A stretch of DNA of 64,000 nucleotides from Azolla caroliniana (taxonomy: Eukaryota > Plantae > Polypodiophyta): positions 337-64,336 of the forward strand of contig JBHGNT010000155.1 of the NCBI GenBank assembly GCA_043228905.1, given 5' to 3'. Every line of letters starts with the position of its first letter. Within the stretch, counting starts at the first letter, position 1. Position numbers and translations under genes: made by a program. This document shows, piece by piece, positions 57,787-64,000 of this stretch. The notes under the pieces are model-generated. The model was not told the DNA's origin. It made no database searches and worked only from the letters and a program-made list of their open reading frames with translations.

Positions 57787-60700
57787 GTCCAGCCAAAATA
57801 GGAGCCGTTTGGTTGGACAGCCCTAGATCTGTGCAGCCCATTAGTGGTTCCATTCCCTCTAAGCAAGTTAGTGATGTGTTCGTAGCCCAAGTAGCAGTTA
57901 GTACTAAAAGTACCCCTCCAGTACATACCTTAGCCCTTCTAGATTCCGGAGCTAATTCTTGCTTCATGGATAGGAATTTTGCCCGAGCTCATCAGATATC
58001 TCTCAGAAAGCTCCCATGTCCAGCCTCAGTAGTAGTCATTGATGGTCGTCCCATTGCTTCTGGTAATATCATAGAAGAGTCGGAACCCGTTAATATTGTC
58101 CTAGATAACTTAACATGTGTAGTATCATTTAATATTATTAGTATTCCAGAACACCCCATAGTTTTAGGATTACCATGGTTCGAGTTACATAACCCAGACA
58201 TAGATTGGAGGACAAGGGAAATCCGGTTGCGACAAACCCAAGGATCTACCCAGAAGGTTGCAACCATTTCGCTACGTCAGTTGCGTGAGGAAGGGCGCAA
58301 GGAGGAAATGTTTCTCTTCGCAATATCAGTACAACCCTCCAGCACCACCAAAGAGGAGTCCACCGTTCAACTTCCCGAGAAGTATCGTCAGTATGCTGAT
58401 GTGTTCGATAAAGTACAAGCCAACACACTTCCTCATCATCGGCCGTACGATTGCGCCATCGACTTACAACCGGGAAAAGAGCCGCCATGGGGGCCGATCT
58501 ACAATTTGTCACCAACCGAGCTAGAAGTCCTTCGAGCCTATATAGAGGAGAATTTGGAGAACGGTTTCATTCGGCATTCGAAATCTCCAGCCGGCGCACC
58601 CATTTTCTTCGTCAAGAAAAAAGATGGCTCGCTTCGACTCGTTGTAGATTACCGTGGCTTGAATAAGGTCACAGTAAGAAATAGGTATGCTCTTCCCCTT
58701 ATCTCAAGTCTTTTAGAACGGATCAACGGTGCCAGGTTCTTCACGAAGATCGACTTACGAGGAGCCTATAACCTCGTACGGATCCGACCAGGAGATGAAT
58801 GGAAGACCGCGTTTCGCACCAGATATGGGCACTTCGAGTATACGGTCATGCCGTTCGGACTCACTAATGCGCCGGCAGTCTTCCAGCACATGGCGAATGA
58901 TATATTTCGAGATCTCTTGGATGATTTTTTGATCATCTATTTGGATGATCTACTGGTTTATTCAAAGACCCAAGAAGAACATGATTCTCATGTACTATTA
59001 GTACTAAAACGACTTCGAGAACATGGTGTGTATGCAAAGTTAGAGAAATGTAGTTTCGGGTGCAACCAAGTGGAATTTCTCGGCTATGTCATCTCCTCAG
59101 AAGGCATATCTATGGACCCAGCCAAGGTCAAAACGGTGATAGAATGGCACACTCCGCATTCGGTGCGGGATGTGCAATGCTTCCTAGGCTTTGCAAATTT
59201 TTACCGGAAGTTCATACAAAATTACTCAAAAATTGTGCTGCCTCTCACACAGCTCACCAGGAAGGGACAATCATTCATTTGGTCTAAAGAGACGGACATG
59301 GCTTTCGAGAGTCTTAAGAAGGCGTTTACATCAGCTCCAATTTTAGGTCATGTGGATCCGGAAAAACCATTCATTATCGAAGTTGACGCATCGGATTTCG
59401 CATTGGGGAGCATTCTGTCACAACAGGGTAACGACGAGAAGCTACATCCTGTGGCTTTCCACTCCCGTAAGTTTGACGCCGCCGAAATCAACTACGAAAT
59501 TCATGATAAAGAGCTATTAGCAATAGTTGATTCTTTTATGCAATGGAGGCATTTCCTGGAGGGATCTCCTCATCAGGTCACTGTATTCAGTGACCACAAG
59601 AACCTTGCCTACTTTCAAGATGCTCGTGTACTGAATCGACGTCAAGCTCGGTGGGCCCACTTCCTCACACGCTTCGACTTCAAAATTACATATCGTCCGG
59701 GGAAGCACCAAGGGAAGGCAGATGCATTATCACGGCGTTCGTATCTAACACCACGTCCCGGTGAGCCAGCTTTCGATAACCAGAAGCAAGTAATCTTGGG
59801 TCCAGCACGACTGCAAGCAGCACAGGTCTTTGACATGCCCGTGGATTCCGACATTACCAATACTATACGTGAGGACTTGAAGACTGACGCTTTCGCCCAA
59901 GCTATACTAGCACAAATTGACCCCTCTCGAGCGTCATGTTCACAATCACAATCACCAGGTACGGATTATCGGCAATTCAAATACTGTGATGGATTACTCT
60001 TCTTTAAAGAACTTTTGTATGTTCCTAATGGTTCTTGCCGCCTTCGAGTAGTACAAAATTGCCATGACACATATACAGCAGGACATTTTGGTAGTACTAA
60101 AACATTAGATTTAGTACAACGATCATTCTGGTGGCCCCGTATGCGACAATTTGTCGAAGATTTTGTTCGGACTTGCGATACATGCTGCAGAGCGAAAATG
60201 CCAAGACATCATCCATATGGTTTATTAGAACCATTACCAATTCCAAGCAAGCCATGGCAATCCATTGCTCTTGACTTCATTACAGATCTTCCAGTCTCTA
60301 AGGGATTCAGTGCGATTCTCACAGTGGTGGATCGATATACGAAGATGGCTCATTTCTTACCATGTACTAAAGAAATATCTAGTGAAGACACCGCCGAAAT
60401 TGTCATGCGGGAAGTATGTCGGCATCATGGACTCCCTGATAATATCATCAGCGATCGTGGACCCCAGTTTGTGTCAAAATTCTGGAAGCACCTTTTTAAA
60501 ATGCTGAAGGTCACTTGTAACCTCTCCTCCGGCTACCACCCACAAACCGACGGTCAAGCCGAACGAACAAATCAAACACTGGAGCAGTATCTGTGGTGCT
60601 TTCTCAACTATCATCAGAATGACTGGGCAGATATTCTTCAGTTCGCCGAATTTGCCTATAATAACGCTATCCACGCATCGACTAAAGTCACGCCATTCTA

Positions 60701-61370
60701 CGCTTATACGGGATATCATCCCCGATGGTGTGTCCTTGAAACCCCAGAAGTGTCCACAAATCCTTGCGCGGAGGATCGTTTGGAGCGGTTACGCAAGATA
60801 CAAGCGGATTTATCTACTCAACTCCAGCAAGCTCAACAATCACACAAGGACTACGCAGATCGTCATCGACTTCCATCCAGTTTTAACATTGGAGATCGGG
60901 TGTGGCTGCTACGACGACACATCAAGACTACTCGCCCATGTGAGAAGTTGGATTATCGGCGATTAGGTCCTTTCCGTATTATCGGGAAGATTAATGATGT
61001 CGCTTTTCGTCTCGAGCTACCTCCGCAACTTCGGATACATCCGGTGTTTCATAGTTCTCTCCTCGAACCCTATCACGAGAGCACTATCCCAGGACGTACT
61101 ATACAACCACCACCTCCTATCGAGCTCGAAGATGGACCTGAATATGAGGTCGCTGCCATCCTCGATTCCAAGATTGTTCGCAACAAGCTCTACTATCTAG
61201 TCGATTGGCTAGGATATAGTCCCAGCGAGCGTACTTGGGAACCGATCGAGAATGTGACCAATGCTCGTGCTCTTCTAGAAGACTTCCATCGACGATATCC
61301 CGAGAAACCGGGTCCTCAATCCAAAACGACTCGTGGAACTCGTCGTTTTAAAGGGGGGATAGTGTCATAA
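57780..61370 (+). CDS. pol: chromovirus Pol (PR-RT-RH-INT-chromodomain), expressed by a predicted -1 frameshift
   Basis: ALLDSGA, YLDD, EVDAS, SDRGPQF, GPF and chromodomain EYEVAAILD..YLVDWLGY..TWEP. Slippery G TTA AAC at 57774-57780. Confidence 0.95.
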   Translation, partial: RLSPAKIGAVWLDSPRSVQPISGSIPSKQVSDVFVAQVAVSTKSTPPVHTLALLDSGANSCFMDRNFARAHQISLRKLPCPASVVVIDGRPIASGNIIEESEPVNIVLDNLTCVVSFNIISIPEHPIVLGLPWFELHNPDIDWRTREIRLRQTQGSTQKVATISLRQLREEGRKEEMFLFAISVQPSSTTKEESTVQLPEKYRQYADVFDKVQANTLPHHRPYDCAIDLQPGKEPPWGPIYNLSPTELEVLRAYIEENLENGFIRHSKSPAGAPIFFVKKKDGSLRLVVDYRGLNKVTVRNRYALPLISSLLERINGARFFTKIDLRGAYNLVRIRPGDEWKTAFRTRYGHFEYTVMPFGLTNAPAVFQHMANDIFRDLLDDFLIIYLDDLLVYSKTQEEHDSHVLLVLKRLREHGVYAKLEKCSFGCNQVEFLGYVISSEGISMDPAKVKTVIEWHTPHSVRDVQCFLGFANFYRKFIQNYSKIVLPLTQLTRKGQSFIWSKETDMAFESLKKAFTSAPILGHVDPEKPFIIEVDASDFALGSILSQQGNDEKLHPVAFHSRKFDAAEINYEIHDKELLAIVDSFMQWRHFLEGSPHQVTVFSDHKNLAYFQDARVLNRRQARWAHFLTRFDFKITYRPGKHQGKADALSRRSYLTPRPGEPAFDNQKQVILGPARLQAAQVFDMPVDSDITNTIREDLKTDAFAQAILAQIDPSRASCSQSQSPGTDYRQFKYCDGLLFFKELLYVPNGSCRLRVVQNCHDTYTAGHFGSTKTLDLVQRSFWWPRMRQFVEDFVRTCDTCCRAKMPRHHPYGLLEPLPIPSKPWQSIALDFITDLPVSKGFSAILTVVDRYTKMAHFLPCTKEISSEDTAEIVMREVCRHHGLPDNIISDRGPQFVSKFWKHLFKMLKVTCNLSSGYHPQTDGQAERTNQTLEQYLWCFLNYHQNDWADILQFAEFAYNNAIHASTKVTPFYAYTGYHPRWCVLETPEVSTNPCAEDRLERLRKIQADLSTQLQQAQQSHKDYADRHRLPSSFNIGDRVWLLRRHIKTTRPCEKLDYRRLGPFRIIGKINDVAFRLELPPQLRIHPVFHSSLLEPYHESTIPGRTIQPPPPIELEDGPEYEVAAILDSKIVRNKLYYLVDWLGYSPSERTWEPIENVTNARALLEDFHRRYPEKPGPQSKTTRGTRRFKGGIVS

Positions 61371-61648
61371 CTAGACCCGAACCCATAACCTTTTGTTACA
61401 CGGGTCGAGACTTTACCATTAGGTTATGAATTGTAATTTGAAGGATATTATTTTCATTTAGGTTTTATTGGGAAATTGATGTATATTCCAGATTTCTCTG
61501 GAACATTCTAGAAACTTCAGGAGTATTCCTGAAGACACTATAAAAGGAGGCGCAAGGCATTAGTTCGAACCAAATCGGTTCAACGCCAGTCTTAAGCCTT
61601 CTAACTACTGTTGTATATCTTCCTTCATATAATACATATATCTTTCGC

Positions 61649-61688
<40 letters not shown>

Positions 61689-63091
61689 ACTCATTCCTTC
61701 TCTCAAAGTTCGACACCTCTCATAGTACTAATCCTTCTCTGTCTTAGTACTATTCCCCAACAATAGTACTAATCCTTCTTTTAGTACTAATTCCTTCTCT
61801 GCCTTAATAGAGTTCCTGACACTTTGTATGTGCTTGGTTCGGGAGTGGTACAGAACATTCTTCAGTAGATGTATGGCGCTTTAGCTGTCACAATAAAATA
61901 GGAACTCCATTTGTTTCATTCCCAACTCATAGAGAAATTTTCTCATCCAAATCAGCTCTTTTCCAGCCTCTACTGGAACCCCTTCACCACAATGCAGGCT
62001 TTATATATGGGTTTGTTGTCGACTTCTCCAATCTTCACCTTGTAGACCCATTTATTTTTGAGTGTGCTCTTACCTTTTGGTAGCTCCACCAAGTCGTAAG
62101 TATAATTCTCGTGCAAAGAGTCCATCTCTCTTGCATCGTAACCTGCCAGTTCTCATTGTACTCGTCGACAATGGCTTCATCATAGCACTCGGGTTCACCT
62201 TCATCAGTCAAGAGGATATATTGACTGGCATATGTAGTCGGTGCTCTTCTTTCTCTGAGTGGGTATCTTCTTCCACTCGTTGTCCGCTCCTGACTCGTAT
62301 TCCTCGATCGACTTCAATAGGTCCACCAACTCCCACTCATCTATATTGGTTGGTTGCTCCGAGTCAACCGACTCGGATTCAACTTAGCCGACCGGCAATC
62401 TCCCAACAGATTGTGTTGGTTCACTTAGCCTTAAGTTGGTAGTAGTGGGAGTTGACTAGGTAGTCGATTCCGACTTTTGTTGCTTCCAGTCCTAAATAGT
62501 ATTTTCTTCCAAGAAGACAACGTCCCGAATCCTCACTACTTTCTTGTCGACTAAGTCCCACAACCTGTAGCCGAACTTGTCCTTCGAGTATCCCATGAAT
62601 ATGCATGGTTTCGACTTGTTGTCGAGCTTCGACCTCTGATCCTTAGCCACATGCATATACACCAGACATCCGAACACCCTCAGGTGTTGGTAGGAGACAT
62701 CCTTTCCTATCCACACCCTCTGTGGGATATCACCTTTCAATGATCATATAAACAAATGTGTACATCGCCTCAACCCAATAAGATTTCGGCAACTTAGCAT
62801 GCAACAACATGCTCCTTCCTTTCTCCATGATCGTTCGATTCATCCTATTTGCAAGAACATTCAATTCAGGTGTCTTCGATACAATGTATTCAATTCGAAT
62901 ACCTTGGGCCTTGCATTGTCCTTTGAAGATGCAAGGTGAATATAAAGGGCAATTTGAAGAATACTTGATCCTTCTACTTCAGTACAAAGGCCCATGGCTT
63001 CCGGCTATAGTCGTCAATAAACATTACGAAGTACTGTCCACCTCGATACGATGGAGCATCTACATAGCACACATTCGTGTGTACTAGTTCC

Positions 63092-63785
63092 AGTGCCCAA
63101 CTTATGCCGAGATACGAGTGGAATACCAAGACATATTAGGACCCTCTCCCACCCTCTCCAAACTATTAGATACCCTGGATGTAGAGAGACTAGGTAGGTA
63201 TATCCTAGAGCTAAAACAACATAGGGAGAATAAATTACAAAGTGTGAACCATAACCCTTTTACTATTCATCAACTTGTAACTAGTGTAATTTTTCAGGAA
63301 CAAGGGGAGACGATGAATGTGGATACACTTATGCCGCTCGGCCTCTCTCTTGAGGAAGCCGAAATGCAAAGAACAACCAAACGCCCTCGGATGTTGGGCT
63401 TCAAAACAAGTCGACACGGAGTAGAAAGGATTAAGAAGATAAGGGAACATGAGCTACGTCGACTAGAAGCTATGGTTGGGGTACCTTTTACATTGGGGCC
63501 ACGGGCCACATCCACATCGAAACCCTTTGACCTCTCGCTTCTCTTCGAGAGACTTGGATGGAAATGAAATTAGGCCTAGTATAACATCATTTTCATTTTA
63601 GAACATGTTTGTTATTTTTATTTTACTAGAACTATTTAGCTTAAAACTCTATTTTTATTTTTATTTTTATTACTTTCGATGAATGGGTAAATATCCCATT
63701 TTTTGTTGTAAACCATTTGTCTCATGGGCCAATTTTGGCCTTAGAAGACGTTAATATATCTTTCTTTCTCTCTCTATCTCTCTCT
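63092..63785 (+). mobile_element. short 5'-truncated copy of the LINE at 53.2-55.8 kb
   Basis: Highly similar to 55084-55770, including the 3' UTR, hairpin and CT tail. Confidence 0.92.
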
Positions 63786-64000
63786 TTGATGACACTGGTT
63801 CTTCTCTATGGGGTGGAAGTATGGGGCGGTAGCATCCCTAAATCTATGTGGAAAGAGTTTGAAAATGTCCAAAAGCATTTTCTTACCAAGTTTCTACAAG
63901 TTAAGAAACAAACGCCCTACAACCTCCACCTTGAGACGGGCTCGCTTCCCATTGAGATCATGGCCATGGAAAAGGTTGTTGAATACATGCTTAAGGTTCA
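63786..64000 (+). mobile_element. internal fragment of another LINE ORF2
   Basis: Translates LLYGVEVWGGSIPKSMWKEFENVQKHFL...LETGSLPIE. Confidence 0.75.

Larger units (their letters stand above)
56076..61821 (+). mobile_element. intact Ty3/gypsy chromovirus I (Tcn1/Tf1-sushi-like)
   Basis: LTRs 56076-56538 and 61363-61821 are nearly identical. TSD CTTTG, PPT at 61350-61362. gag and pol are uninterrupted. Confidence 0.97.
55771..63091 (-). mobile_element. heavily deleted copia J (A/C-related), host of element I
   Basis: LTR remnant ending CTAACA at 55896 followed by a PPT. RNase H is split by I at the TSD. INT fragments GDIPQRVWIGKDVSYQHLRVFGC and PCIFMGY. Confidence 0.82.

Overview
Plant nuclear DNA, inferred to be from a non-seed plant such as a fern or lycophyte because of its Tcn1-like chromovirus, non-L1 LINEs and FLDD-type gypsy lineage. 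About three quarters of the window is nested transposable elements. The host genes are two tandem, intronless purine-permease (PUP-family) genes at about 15.9-17.1 kb and 20.2-21.4 kb, plus a possible decayed spliced gene fragment at about 52.4-52.8 kb. Ty1/copia content: elements A, B, C, D and J, and two solo LTRs of the C family. Ty3/gypsy content: an intact, young, self-priming chromovirus (I); two inverted copies (E1, E2) and an older relic of a tRNA-Trp-primed lineage; and elements F, G and H, which carry large unexplained 3' ORFs. Several LINE fragments and a hAT MITE are also present. Most notable observations: (1) F and G have no polypurine tract and instead carry a sense-strand tRNA-3'-half-like hairpin ending in CCA two bases before the 3' LTR. 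(2) E1 and E2 share a -1 frameshift cassette (GGAUUUU plus a predicted pseudoknot) placed between protease and RT. (3) F and G share a conserved unknown accessory domain. (4) One deletion junction at about 40,962 can explain six half-elements. All comparisons were made by eye, and tRNA and family assignments are from recall.
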